A stretch of 64,000 nucleotides of DNA, from NCBI GenBank assembly GCA_963705255.1, contig OY970061.1, forward strand, positions 1,152,001 to 1,216,000. The letters run 5' to 3'. Made by a program: the position numbers and the translations under genes. Under the pieces are notes generated by a model. That model did not search any database, had not been told where the DNA came from, and saw nothing but the letters and a program-made list of their open reading frames with translations. The first letter of the stretch is position 1. Each line of letters opens with the position of its first letter. Below are positions 11,132 through 21,569 of this stretch, piece after piece. Origin of the DNA: an uncultured Methanoregulaceae archaeon (lineage in GTDB: Archaea; Halobacteriota; Methanomicrobia; Methanomicrobiales; Methanospirillaceae).

Positions 11132-12028
11132 ATGACAGGGAAGTGGGAGGGGAACACAGACGGGCTGTCGGCCGGTACTCTCACCCGTGTCCACCTGACC
11201 AACCTTGGCAAAATGATGTTCCCTGCGGCCAGGGTCACCAAGGAAGAGGTCATCACCTACTACATACGGATGGCCCCGCGGATGCTCCCGTTCCTGCAGG
11301 ACCGCCCGCTCACCATGCACCGCTTCCCGGACGGTGTGGGCGGGGAGGATTTCTACGAGAAAGATGCCCCCCGGGGGGCCCCGGACTACGTGGACACCTT
11401 CACCCGCCGGTCGGAGACTGCCGGCCGCGATGTGCACTTCGTGGTCTGCAACAACCTCGACTCGCTCATCTGGCTTGCCAACCTTGCCTCCCTTGAACTT
11501 CACATCGCCCTCTCGACACAGGCTGCCTATGATTCCCCCGACTTCCTGCTCTTCGACATCGACCCGGAACCGCCGCTTACGTTTGATGATGTCCTCATCG
11601 TTGCCCGCGTAGTCCGCCAACATCTGGAGGATGAAGGGATCCATCCGTACGTGAAGACCTCCGGGAAAAAAGGGCTCCATATCGTCGTGCCCCTTTCCTC
11701 CGGCCACAGGTTCGATGAAGTCCGGGCATTCGCCCACAGTACCGGGAAACGGATTGCACGGGACATGCCGTACGTGGTCTCCGAGTTTCCCCGCTCCCGG
11801 GACGCCGGGACCATCTTCATCGACTACCTCCAGAATGCCCGCGGGAAGACCATGGCGGCCCCCTACTCGCTCAGGGCGACTCCCGGTGCGAGCGTATCCG
11901 CACCGCTCGAATGGGACGAGATCCGGGAGGGGACCCGTCCCGAAGATTTTAATATCAGGACAATGATCTTCAGGAAAGAGGATCCATGGAGGGGAATCTT
12001 TGAAGACAGGCAGTCGATCAGAAGATAA
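11132..12028 (+). CDS. NHEJ primase-polymerase (LigD PolDom), stand-alone
   Basis: RFPDG, FYEKDAP, FDIDPE, KTSGKKGLHI, FIDYLQNARGKTMAAPYSLR. Confidence 0.94.
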   Translation: MTGKWEGNTDGLSAGTLTRVHLTNLGKMMFPAARVTKEEVITYYIRMAPRMLPFLQDRPLTMHRFPDGVGGEDFYEKDAPRGAPDYVDTFTRRSETAGRDVHFVVCNNLDSLIWLANLASLELHIALSTQAAYDSPDFLLFDIDPEPPLTFDDVLIVARVVRQHLEDEGIHPYVKTSGKKGLHIVVPLSSGHRFDEVRAFAHSTGKRIARDMPYVVSEFPRSRDAGTIFIDYLQNARGKTMAAPYSLRATPGASVSAPLEWDEIREGTRPEDFNIRTMIFRKEDPWRGIFEDRQSIRR

Positions 12029-12071
12029 GCCCGGCAGCCGGTCACGGAAAGACCGGCCCAGGGATGAGAGC

Positions 12072-12968
12072 ATGGTTGCCGGTACAGTACCGCTGATAGC
12101 AGATGGTACGGTGGGCCGGCAGACCGGAAGAACGAAAAAGTCCGTCTCCTCCGTCCCGCCGGAGCCGCGGGCGGAAGGTTCCCCGGCTGGCAGGGCCGGG
12201 CGGTCGTTCTGGAGCGGCACCATCTCCATCGGCCTGATCAACGTACCGGTCAGCCTCCACACGATGACGAGGGACCGGTCCTTCTCCTTCCGGCTGCTCC
12301 ACCGCGGCGACGGGCAGCCGCTCCGGTACGACCGGGTATGCACAAAGGACGGTCGGGTGGTCCCCTGGGCTGAGACCGTGAAGGGGTACGAGGTCAGGAA
12401 AGGGGAGTTCCTCGTCTTTACACCCGATGAGCTGAAAGCGGTGATGCCCGAATCCGACCGGAAGATCCGGATCGAGAAATTCGTGTTCTACCTCTCCCTC
12501 GACCCGATGTACTTCGAGACCAGTTACGTGCTCCTGCCGGACCGGAGCGAGGAGGCGTATGCCCTCCTCGTCACCGCCCTCCATGACCTCGGGCGGGCGG
12601 CGGTCGGGAGCATCACGCTCAGGACGAAGGAGTACCCCGTCGTGGTCCATGCCTATAGCGGGGGGCTCGTACTGACCACCCTCCGGTATGCCGACGAAGT
12701 CACCCCGCCCCGGGCATTCGACGTGATGGCCGCCCTCCCGGCCCCGAAGGAGACCGAACTTGCCCTTGCAAAGCGGATCATCTCGGAACTCTCCGGGGAT
12801 TTTTCCCTTGCCGGCTTCCACGACCGGTACCGGGAAGCCGTCATGGCGCTGATCGAGAAGAAACTCGCCGGGGAGAAACTCGTGTACCAAGAGCCCAGCC
12901 ATCCCGAGGAGGCAAAAGAGCTGATGCAGGCCCTGCAGGAGACGCTTGCCACCCTCTCCGGTAAATAA
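12072..12968 (+). CDS. ku: NHEJ DNA end-binding protein Ku
   Basis: WSGTISIGLINVPV, VKGYEV, LTTLRYADEV, FHDRYREAV, LMQALQETL; start codon uncertain. Confidence 0.94.
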   Translation: MVAGTVPLIADGTVGRQTGRTKKSVSSVPPEPRAEGSPAGRAGRSFWSGTISIGLINVPVSLHTMTRDRSFSFRLLHRGDGQPLRYDRVCTKDGRVVPWAETVKGYEVRKGEFLVFTPDELKAVMPESDRKIRIEKFVFYLSLDPMYFETSYVLLPDRSEEAYALLVTALHDLGRAAVGSITLRTKEYPVVVHAYSGGLVLTTLRYADEVTPPRAFDVMAALPAPKETELALAKRIISELSGDFSLAGFHDRYREAVMALIEKKLAGEKLVYQEPSHPEEAKELMQALQETLATLSGK

Positions 12969-12991
12969 CCTGCCATGTATCCTGATCCTCC

Positions 12992-14591
12992 ATGAAACGA
13001 TACCTTCCCATGCTCCCGGAATCCGCTGCCGGCCCGTTCAGCGGCGACGAGTGGCTCTTTGAAGTCAAGTGGGACGGGGTCCGGGCGATCGCCTACGTGA
13101 ACGACACCCTGTCGCTCATGAGCCGGAACGGCAGGGAACTGGCGGGACAGTTCCCGGAACTTGGCGGACTCACCACCCTCGCCCCGGGGACCGTGCTGGA
13201 CGGGGAGATCGTAGCGATGAGCGGCGGGAAGCCCGAAATCCAGGCCCTCCTCCCCCGGGTCCAGGCTGCTCCGGGGGCTCCCTCCACGGGACGGGGAAGT
13301 CCCTGTCACCTATATCGTCTTCGACATCCTTGAAAAGGACGGAAAGGACCTGACCGCCCTCCCCCTCTCCGAGCGGATGAAGGTCCTTGAAGGTTCGGTG
13401 AGGGAGGGGCCCCACGTGGCACTCTCCGTTCCCGTAATCGGTCGGGGGGAGGAGTATTTCCGGGCCGCAGTCGCCCGGGGACTCGAAGGGGTCATGGCAA
13501 AACGGAGGGACAGTCCTTACGAGTCCGGCGTGCGGAGCGGCTCCTGGCTGAAGATCAAGGCTCAGAGGACCTGCGACTGCGTCATCGCCGGGTATACACC
13601 GGGTCAGGGCCGGCGTGGGGCGGCATTCGGTGCCCTCCTCCTCGGCCTGTACAGGAGCGGAGGGGAGGGGGGTTCTCCTGCGGGAAAAAGGGGCTCCCGA
13701 CGCACCTCCCGGACCGTGCCCGACCCGCCGTACGCCCGGAGCCTTGTCTCAGTGGGCAAAGTCGGGACCGGCTTCCGGGACCAGGACTTCGCGGACCTTA
13801 TGGCGATCTTCTCGCGCTACCGCACCCCGGTCCCGCAGCTGGAGGAAGACGGACCCGCAGGGGAGGTTGTCTGGCTGGAGCCGGTCCTCGTCTGCGAGGT
13901 GGCATTCCAGGCAGTGACCCGGGACAGGAAGCTGCGGATCGCCCGGTTCATCCGGCTCCGCCCTGACAAGCAGGCAGAAGAGTGCACCCTGGACCAGTTC
14001 CGGGAAACAGAGGTCCGCAGCGGGCCGGGAAAATATCCACCGGAACTTCCTTCCACTGCCGGAGCGGGGAGTGCCGGGGGCGTCCTTCCCCAAAGAAAAC
14101 CGGTACAAGGGGGCCGGCAGCGGGGACCGGCGCAGGAACAGGCAATGAGGAGTTATCATGAACTACGGAATTTTTCACGGACAACGGAACCGGAGGGAGC
14201 GACGACCATGAGCGGTGAGGGGAGATCTTTTGTCATCCAGGAACACCACTCGCACAAACTGCACTATGACCTGAGACTGGAGCGGGACGGCGTACTCAAA
14301 AGCTGGGCGGTGCCCAAAGGCGTACCGGAGGCCCCGGGAGCAAAGCACCTCGCGGTGGCGGTCGAGGACCACCCGCTGGAGTACAAGAATTTCGAAGGGA
14401 CGATCCCGGCCGGGGAGTACGGGGCCGGTGAGGTCATCATCTGGGACAGCGGCACCTACGATACCCGGGCCTGGCAGGACGACAAGATCGAGGTCACCCT
14501 CCACGGGAAACGGCTGTCGGGGCATTATGTCCTCGTCCGGTTCAAGCGGGCCGGGAAGAGCGAGTGGCTGGTCTTCAAAGCCGGGAGTTGA
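12992..14591 (+). CDS. ligD: LigD ATP-dependent ligase fused to a C-terminal 3'-phosphoesterase (frameshift near 13295)
   Basis: EVKWDGVRA, LDGEIV, YIVFDIL, EGVMAKR, WLKIK, then PE motifs FVIQEHH..LHYDLRLE..SWAVPK, VEDHPLEY, YGAGEVIIWD. Confidence 0.92.
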
Positions 14592-14715
14592 TCGGGGAGA
14601 CTGCAGGCCGGGGCCTGGTGGCCTGATGGCCTGGCCCGCAAGCGGGTTTCCGGTCCGGACCATATGCCGAATCGCCAATAATTATCATGCCAGACGATGA
14701 GACGTAGTACCAATA

Positions 14716-16162
14716 ATGCCGGATCACGATTCCATATCCGTCCTCTACGTTGACGACGAGATATCGCTGCTGGAAATCACCCAGCTGTTCCTGGGAAAGG
14801 CCAGCGGTTTTTCTGTCAGGACGACCACTTCCGGGGCAGAGGCACTCGATATCCTCTCGTCCGGCAGGTTCGACGCTATCCTCTCCGATTACATGATGCC
14901 GCAGATGGACGGCATAGAATTCTTAAAGCTCGTCCGGCAGCAGGACCCCGAGGTCCCGTTCATCCTCTTTACCGGCAAGGGCAGGGAAGAGATCGTTATC
15001 CAGGCGATCAACAACGGGGCCACGTTTTACGTACAGAAGGGCGGCGACGCGACGGCCCAGTTCACCGAGCTCGCCCACAAGATCCGCCAGGCAGTCTCCG
15101 CCACCCGATCCAAGGAGGCACTCCGCCAGTCCGAGATGCTCCACCGGACCATCTTTGAGACCTCCCCGGATGCCATCACGCTCACCAACGCGGACGGGAT
15201 CCTCAGTTACACATCTCCGGCCGCCATCAGCCTGTTCGGCCTCGCATCGGAGAAGGACGCTCTCGGCACACCCCTCTTTGACTGGATTGTCCCGGAGATG
15301 CGCGAAGAGGTAAAAGAACGTGTCCTCCAGTTCATCCGGAGTAAATCACCGACCTCGTCGTCCGCACTCTTTCTCCTGCAGAGAAAAGACGGGACCCGGT
15401 TCCATGCCGAGATCAGCTCGTCAGTGCTGACCGGCGCCGACGGAAAGGCGGTCGGGATGATCTCAATCCTCCGCAACGTGACCGACCGCATAGCGTCAGA
15501 CGACGCACTCCGGAAGGCCGGCGCCAAGCTGAACCTGCTCTCGTCGGTGACGAGGCACGACATCCTCAACCAGTTGACCGTCCTCATAGGGTACATCGAG
15601 CTCGCACGGCGGGCAAAAGACCCGGCCGCGGTACAGGACTTCCTCCGGAAGATCGACGAGATCGCCGGGATGCTGGGCGACCAGATCGAGTTCACCAGGG
15701 ACTACCAGGAACTCGGCGTGCACAGCCCCAGCTGGCAGTGCGTCGCTGACATCGTCTCCCGGGCAGCATCCGGGCTGGGGACGGGGGATGTGAAGGTTGT
15801 CAACGAGTGCGGGGGGCTCGAGGTCTTTGCCGACCCCCTGTTTGTCAAGGTCGTGTACAACCTGATCGACAATGCCCTGCGGCACGGGGGACCGGTCAGC
15901 ATCATCCGGTTCCGGTACCGAGGAGAGCGGGGATGACCTTGTGCTCTTGGCCGAAGATGACGGGGAAGGGGTCCGGGTGCAGGACAAGCAGAAGATCTTT
16001 TCCAAAGGTTTTGGCAGGAACACCGGCTTTGGCCTCTTTCTCGTGCGGGAGATCCTTGCAATCACCGGCATGAGCGTTGCAGAGACCGGGTTCCCGGGCA
16101 CGGGTGCACGGTTTGAGATCGTGGTGCCCCGGGGGAATTTCCGGTTCCGAAACGCAGAGTAA
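14716..16162 (+). CDS. REC-PAS-histidine kinase hybrid (frameshift near 15920)
   Basis: LYVDDE/SDYMMP receiver, PAS, TRHDILNQL, NLIDNALRHG; C-terminus DDGEG..GRNTGFGL in ORF 15872..16162. Confidence 0.9.
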
Positions 16163-16356
16163 GATAAAACGGCTTTTCGCTGAAAGCAGGCCCCGGAAGC
16201 GTGACACATGAGGGTTCTGTGCCACAGGTCTGTGGGAGACCCGGGGTTGGTCCCGACACCAGAACGGTTGGTTTTCTGTCCCGTATCACTTCACATACCG
16301 GCCCCGCCGCCAGTGACCCCTGACAGATCTCTTTACCGGCTCCCGTGAGAGGGCGG

Positions 16357-17103
16357 TCACTCACCAATCACGACCGTCGCCTTCTCGTCGAACGGGTTCG
16401 TCCGCATCGCAAGGCTGAACAGGTACGGGTAATGGTTCTTCAGGTATTCCATGTACTTCAGCCACTCGGGCACCAGCCGCACATACCCCCGCTCCATGTC
16501 GCCGACGAGGTGGGCGATGTCGGAGGGGGGCAGGTGCAGGAGATCGGCCCGGGCCTTTAACTCCTCATCAAGATGGGTGACCGCGAGGATCAGGTCCGTG
16601 AAGGATTCGTGCTCGAAGACCATCGGGTTCTCCACAATGCGGAGGAGAAAGTCCTCATTCTGCAGGAGAAATGCCCGCAGCGCTTCGCGGTCGACGCGTG
16701 CCGGGTCGATTCTGCATTTCCAGCTCGTCAGGCCCTCGTGTGCTTCACGGAACCGGTCCGCGGTCCAGTCAGTGCCTGCCACCATCTGTGACTGGAGAGG
16801 CCCGGGGCATGGATCGGCCCAGGCGAGCATGGCGAGCAGCGGGGTCCCGATCCGGGAGAAGAAGATCCCGATCACCATGTTCATCTTCTCCAGCCGCTGC
16901 TGCCGCTCCCGGGACTCCAGCATCTGGTCGATGACGAGCGTGACGATCAGGACTTCGATGGGGATGAAAGCCAGATCCGCGAGCAGGTAGGTGAACAGGT
17001 AGCGTGAATCCTGGAATAGGAGGTAGTGAACTGTCATCAGCAGGAGGGTCAGCGTCACCAGACCGATGCCCGCGATCGCTTTCCAGCGGGTCTCTTCCTT
17101 CAT
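16357..17103 (-). CDS. Conserved hypothetical membrane protein (2 N-terminal TM helices)
   Basis: MKEETRW..LAFIPIEVLIVTLVIDQML..RLEKMNMVIGIFFS..YPYLFSLAMRTNPFD; host-like codon usage. Confidence 0.75.
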   Translation of the reverse strand: MKEETRWKAIAGIGLVTLTLLLMTVHYLLFQDSRYLFTYLLADLAFIPIEVLIVTLVIDQMLESRERQQRLEKMNMVIGIFFSRIGTPLLAMLAWADPCPGPLQSQMVAGTDWTADRFREAHEGLTSWKCRIDPARVDREALRAFLLQNEDFLLRIVENPMVFEHESFTDLILAVTHLDEELKARADLLHLPPSDIAHLVGDMERGYVRLVPEWLKYMEYLKNHYPYLFSLAMRTNPFDEKATVVIGE

Positions 17104-17298
17104 GATGTGGTATCTGGTACACGACCAGATAAAAAAGCCGGTGCTGTCCCTCCCTGACAGCGGCACCAGTCCGGCAATGCCCGGTCCATTCTCCGGTCAA
17201 TGAAGGAAAAATATGAATCCGGTACCTTTTCCAGTATAAAAGATGTGATCGGTTCCAGGGTACCGGACTTCAGCAGACAAGCCCGGTTTCGTCCTGTC

Positions 17299-17775
17299 CT
17301 ACCGCTTCCGTGCTACCATCTCGATCTCGACATTTGCCCCTTTCGGCAGCCCTGCCACCTGTATGGTGGCCCGGGCCGGGTAGGTGTCGTTGAAGTATGT
17401 CCCGTAGATCCCGTTCACCGTTGTCCAGTCGCTCATGTTCGTAAGGTATATCCGCGTCTGGATAACATCGGGAAAACCGAGCCCGGATGCCGCAAGGACG
17501 GATTTCAGGTTCTCCATCGCCCGGGTGGTCTGCTCCCCGGCCGTACCGGACAGGTTGCCGGTCGCCGGGTCGATGCCGATCTGTCCCGACAGGAAAACAA
17601 GGTCCCCGGACTGCACGGCCTGGCTGTACGGCCCGATGGGTTTCGGTGCACTTTCCGTGAAGATTGCCCGAAGCCCCGGGCCTGCCGGGTGACTGACAAT
17701 CCCGGTGAGCAGGACGCCGGCCAGGAAACCGGCGGCAAATATCAGTACTATCAGCAATCCGTTTCTGGCATCCAT
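17299..17775 (-). CDS. RidA/YjgF family imine deaminase with N-terminal hydrophobic segment
   Basis: APKPIGPYSQAV, FLSGQIGID, YPARATIQVAGLPKGANVEIE. Confidence 0.9.
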   Translation of the reverse strand: MDARNGLLIVLIFAAGFLAGVLLTGIVSHPAGPGLRAIFTESAPKPIGPYSQAVQSGDLVFLSGQIGIDPATGNLSGTAGEQTTRAMENLKSVLAASGLGFPDVIQTRIYLTNMSDWTTVNGIYGTYFNDTYPARATIQVAGLPKGANVEIEMVARKR

Positions 17776-18123
17776 TCCGATCCATCCTCTTGCTGTACCC
17801 GTCTGCACCCATGCCACCATAAGCGTTCTGAAATGGATCTCCCCTCAAAAGAACCGGAGCGGCTATCAATGCGGGGGCGGGAGAGAACTCCCCCGGAAAC
17901 GGTTCTTGTCAGCCATTCCTGGAATATCCCCGTACCTGGACCGGCGGTGCGTTATCCCGGACCATCCGGGGGATACCCCGCACGGCCCCGGAGCATGAGG
18001 ACAAGGATGAGCCGGCAGCAAATTACCTGCCGAAGGGTCTCTCCTGCACCGGTAATATTCCCGGGACCAGGCGAAATATCCCCTATCCAAACCTTAATCG
18101 ACCCCGGCGCTGAGGATGCCTCC

Positions 18124-18639
18124 ATGTCCAGAATAGCAGTCATCATCACGGACATGTTCCAGGACGTGGAATACGAACGCCCGGCCGAGGTCTTCCGGAA
18201 AGCCGGCCATGAGCTCACCCTCGTCGGCCTCAGGGCCGGCGTCCAGGTAAAAGGCGAGCACGGGGCCGTCGCGAAGATCGGCAGGGCGGCACGAGATGTC
18301 TCGGCAAAGGATTTCGACGCCCTGTTCATCCCCGGCGGATACTCGCCCGACCGGCTCCGGGTCGACGAGGACGCGCTGCGGTTCACCCGGGAGTTCTTCG
18401 AGGATAAAAAACCGGTCTTTGCCATCTGCCACGCTGCCCAGCTCCTCATCACCGCCCAGGTGCTGAAGGGCCGGCGCGTGACGGGATGGAAATCCATTGT
18501 GCAGGATATCAAAAACGCTGGGGCCGAGTACGTGGACGCCGAAGTTGTCGTCGACCGGAATCTCGTCTCGAGCCGTAAGCCGGACGACATCCCCGCATTT
18601 GTCCGGGAATCGCTGAAGATGCTGGAGAAGAAGAAGTGA
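18124..18639 (+). CDS. PfpI/DJ-1 family protease/deglycase
   Basis: FQDVEY, FIPGGYSPDRLR, AICHAAQLL, SSRKPDD; true start MSRIAV lies inside the 479-aa ORF. Confidence 0.92.
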   Translation: MSRIAVIITDMFQDVEYERPAEVFRKAGHELTLVGLRAGVQVKGEHGAVAKIGRAARDVSAKDFDALFIPGGYSPDRLRVDEDALRFTREFFEDKKPVFAICHAAQLLITAQVLKGRRVTGWKSIVQDIKNAGAEYVDAEVVVDRNLVSSRKPDDIPAFVRESLKMLEKKK

Positions 18640-19193
18640 AATCCGGAACGGGTAAAAAAACACCAAAAAAAACGTCATCCCCTCACCAGAATCCATCTCA
18701 TGCCAGCCCGGACACTTCCGGCAGGCAGTTTCCGGTATTTTCTGCAAAAATCCTGTTTTTTACCCTTGCACAGGACCCCCTTTAATTTTCGTCCGAAATG
18801 GCACTCCGGTTTGTGCCGGGTTTCCCGACAGCCAAATCATTGTTCATCTTCCGGGTCCTGACAGAACCCCGCTAAATTGCACGGTTTTTTTCTGCGTAAA
18901 AAGGCGATTTTATCAAAATATCGATTTTAACGAAAAATTTTACCGGGCGTTGGCACCATTTCCACTGGAGGTTTATGCCTCCCGATCCGGCCTGAAACCG
19001 CTCCGTCGGAGAATAGATCCTGGGAGACGTACCGTCCGGGCGTTCTTCTTCCGAAGGAGGTACGCCACCTCTCCTGCTTAAATGTGACGAAGTGGATATT
19101 CAAGGTCTCTTATCCATCGATGGTTACGTTGGTATCCGGCATATGCTCCCGCCCGTGGTCTTCCCCGATTTTCAAGCAGTACATCCAAAAAAA

Positions 19194-19219
19194 TATAACT
19201 TATAGCACTATAGGTTATA
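19194..19219. promoter_or_regulatory. Inverted-repeat operator/promoter of vapBC
   Basis: TATAACTTATAG-CA-CTATAGGTTATA (11/12 inverted repeat) ending 2 nt before the antitoxin ATG. Confidence 0.65.
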
Positions 19220-19221
19220 GC

Positions 19222-19518
19222 ATGCCATTGCAGCAGAAAGTCCCGGCCAGAAAACAATCCGGCCGGATAACAAACAAGAAATCCCCTGTTACTACAAAAC
19301 CCGAAACCCCCCGCACGACTACCATCCAGATATCAGGGGCCACCAAGAGCGACCTGGACCGGGTAAAACGCGAAGCGGAAGCATCGACCTATGAGGACGC
19401 AATCCGGTTCCTGCTGCACGAACGGAAGAAACACCGCCCCTCGACCTTCGGACTGCTCGCGGGCGGGGCATCGTTCGTCCGTGACGAGGAGGAGGATTCC
19501 TATCGGGTACGTCATTGA
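19222..19518 (+). CDS. VapB-type antitoxin (RHH-like)
   Basis: TTTIQISGATKSDLDRVK..TYEDAIRFLL; overlaps the PIN gene. Confidence 0.8.
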   Translation: MPLQQKVPARKQSGRITNKKSPVTTKPETPRTTTIQISGATKSDLDRVKREAEASTYEDAIRFLLHERKKHRPSTFGLLAGGASFVRDEEEDSYRVRH

Positions 19519-19873
19519 TACGTGGGTCTGGGTGGAATACTGGCTGGGGAACGAAGCGATGAGAGAGTGGATCGAAGGCCAATCTCCCATATTCACCTCC
19601 ACGATCACGCTTGCAGAAACCGTCCGGTATTTTCTGGCCAGCGGAAAGGATGAGGCAACAATCCGTCTCTGTCTCGATGATATCCGGGCACGGAGTACGG
19701 TGGTTCCGGTGGATGAGACCATCGCGATTGCTGCAGGGCAGCTGAAAAAAAGGGAAGTGGCGGGAATCGCGGACTCAATCATTCTCGCCACCGCACGGGC
19801 CGGCGATCACAAAGTCGTGACCGGTGACCCGCATTTCAAGGAGATCCCGGACGCGGTATATCTCGGTCCGTGA
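19481..19873 (+). CDS. VapC PIN-domain toxin
   Basis: YVIDTWVWVEY, TLAE, IADSIILATA, VVTGDPHF; probable GTG start at 19481. Confidence 0.9.
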   Translation: MTRRRIPIGYVIDTWVWVEYWLGNEAMREWIEGQSPIFTSTITLAETVRYFLASGKDEATIRLCLDDIRARSTVVPVDETIAIAAGQLKKREVAGIADSIILATARAGDHKVVTGDPHFKEIPDAVYLGP

Positions 19874-19989
19874 CCGGGCCAACCGGTATCTCTGTTTTCC
19901 GGGACCTCCCCGCGATGCTCTGGCGTGTGCATGCGAAAAAGCGGCTAACCGCGCCATTCTGCTTTTCCGGGCGGGGGTTGGTCCCAGCT

Positions 19990-20265
19990 GAGGGGGGTAG
20001 GGGATACAACCCCCCCTCCATTATTTTTTCCGGAGGGGGGTAACCCCCCCATCGTTTTATTTTCAAATCGCGTCGACCCCCCCCCCCCTTACCAGAATTG
20101 GGAACCCCCGAAAATCTGCGGCTTTATCTGTAACTCCATGCGCAATACTGCCCGGTCACTTGCGCAAAAGAGGGGCTTACTCAAATCCGGGGAGGGGGGT
20201 CAGCGGTCGACCCCCCCCCTCCGTTTTATTTTCAAGAGGGGGTGACCCCCCCCCATCCCCTACTG
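19990..20265. repeat. G/C-string repeat cluster, ORB-like
   Basis: Three copies of C(6-9)-N3-TTTTATTTTC-like motif, two GTCGAC-poly-C, outer TAGGGGAT/ATCCCCTA inverted ends. Confidence 0.6.
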
Positions 20266-20444
20266 GTTTTTTAGAATGGACGAATGGATAATTCCGGAAA
20301 GTATTGAGTTATGATTTTTTAAGATTGTTTGATGATCAAAAAGAAATCTTGAAGAAGAGCAATACGTAATATGGAGTTAATGATAAATAATTGAATATTG
20401 GTATAACTATCTGATATTGAATTTGGAAAAATTTACTGATAAAA

Positions 20445-21569
20445 ATGGCTAATCCAGTAAAGAAATTAAAAATTGAAGATTTGATTACAAATTTGTACGA
20501 AAATTCCAACTCTGATACTTTACTTTTTAAAAATATTGATAATATTTTAAGTCGTGATAAGGGAGTGAAAATTAATGGTCTATTACTTACTTCGAAAGAG
20601 GATATTATCAAAATTTTTGATTCATATAAATTCTTTGATTTTAGTTGGAAATACAAATCGCTTGGAAGCGATATCTATCACTTCACCTTGACAAAAAAAG
20701 TAAAAAAAGACAATTCATTAATCCAAGGGGATTTCCTTCTATTCAAATATAAACCTCAAAATAACATTTATCTCGTGATAACCCACGGAAATTATCATTT
20801 CTTTAAAAATGGACTTATTCGTTTATTGAATAAATTCTACCCATTAATTTCTAGACCTTATATTGATACAGCATTTATGCGGTTGTTGTTGGAAACCTAC
20901 GAATCAAAATTAAAAAATGAAAAAATTTGGATAACTCGGTGCGTTACAAAAAAAATAATTGGCTCCGACATTCATTACACAGATTTGCCTTTTCGTGATG
21001 TATTTGATAAAGTTTTAGAGAATGAAGAATGGGTTAAAAGTATTGATTTTAACTTAGTATTTCAGTCTTCTAAAGACACCATTTATTCAGAACAACCTTT
21101 AATGGATCATAAATTCTTCAAATTATTCCGAGATACACGTTTTCAATGCAATTACGATTTCACAATTTTCTACCAAAGATTAATTGAAGGAATGGCAAAT
21201 AAGGCTGCTGAGTCATTCGAATTATTTGATAAACGAGAAAGAATTAAAGAAGAAAATTTTACCACAAAACCGCTCGCTATTGTTTATGACATTAGTGTCT
21301 TTAAAGATAAAAATCAAAATAAAATATTAATCAATGCTCTGAAAAAAATTAAAAATTCTTCGGTTTCTGTTCTTCACGCGAATCCCTATCTCCATGTTTC
21401 TTATGTTGATTATAACGATGGCTCTTCTTGCGATATTTGGGTTCTTTCAGAAAATAAAATTTCAATTATTCCTCAAATTCGTTCAACCCCCGCCGCATTA
21501 GAACGATTATGTGAAAATATTTTCACAGGATTTCGGGAAGGTATCGTAAAGGATGTCAGGAGTCAATGA
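20445..21569 (+). CDS. Uncharacterised AT-rich protein, 374 aa
   Basis: Long uninterrupted AT-rich ORF; stop overlaps next start (ATGA); no family recognised. Confidence 0.8.
   Translation: MANPVKKLKIEDLITNLYENSNSDTLLFKNIDNILSRDKGVKINGLLLTSKEDIIKIFDSYKFFDFSWKYKSLGSDIYHFTLTKKVKKDNSLIQGDFLLFKYKPQNNIYLVITHGNYHFFKNGLIRLLNKFYPLISRPYIDTAFMRLLLETYESKLKNEKIWITRCVTKKIIGSDIHYTDLPFRDVFDKVLENEEWVKSIDFNLVFQSSKDTIYSEQPLMDHKFFKLFRDTRFQCNYDFTIFYQRLIEGMANKAAESFELFDKRERIKEENFTTKPLAIVYDISVFKDKNQNKILINALKKIKNSSVSVLHANPYLHVSYVDYNDGSSCDIWVLSENKISIIPQIRSTPAALERLCENIFTGFREGIVKDVRSQ

Noticed and set aside
17200-18123. N-terminal 308 aa of the 479-aa PfpI ORF as a fusion
   Set aside because: Overlaps ridA antisense and intergenic DNA; the PfpI domain has its own ATG at 18124
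19499-19510. Non-canonical ATC start for the VapC toxin
   Set aside because: An in-frame GTG at 19481 gives a normal start
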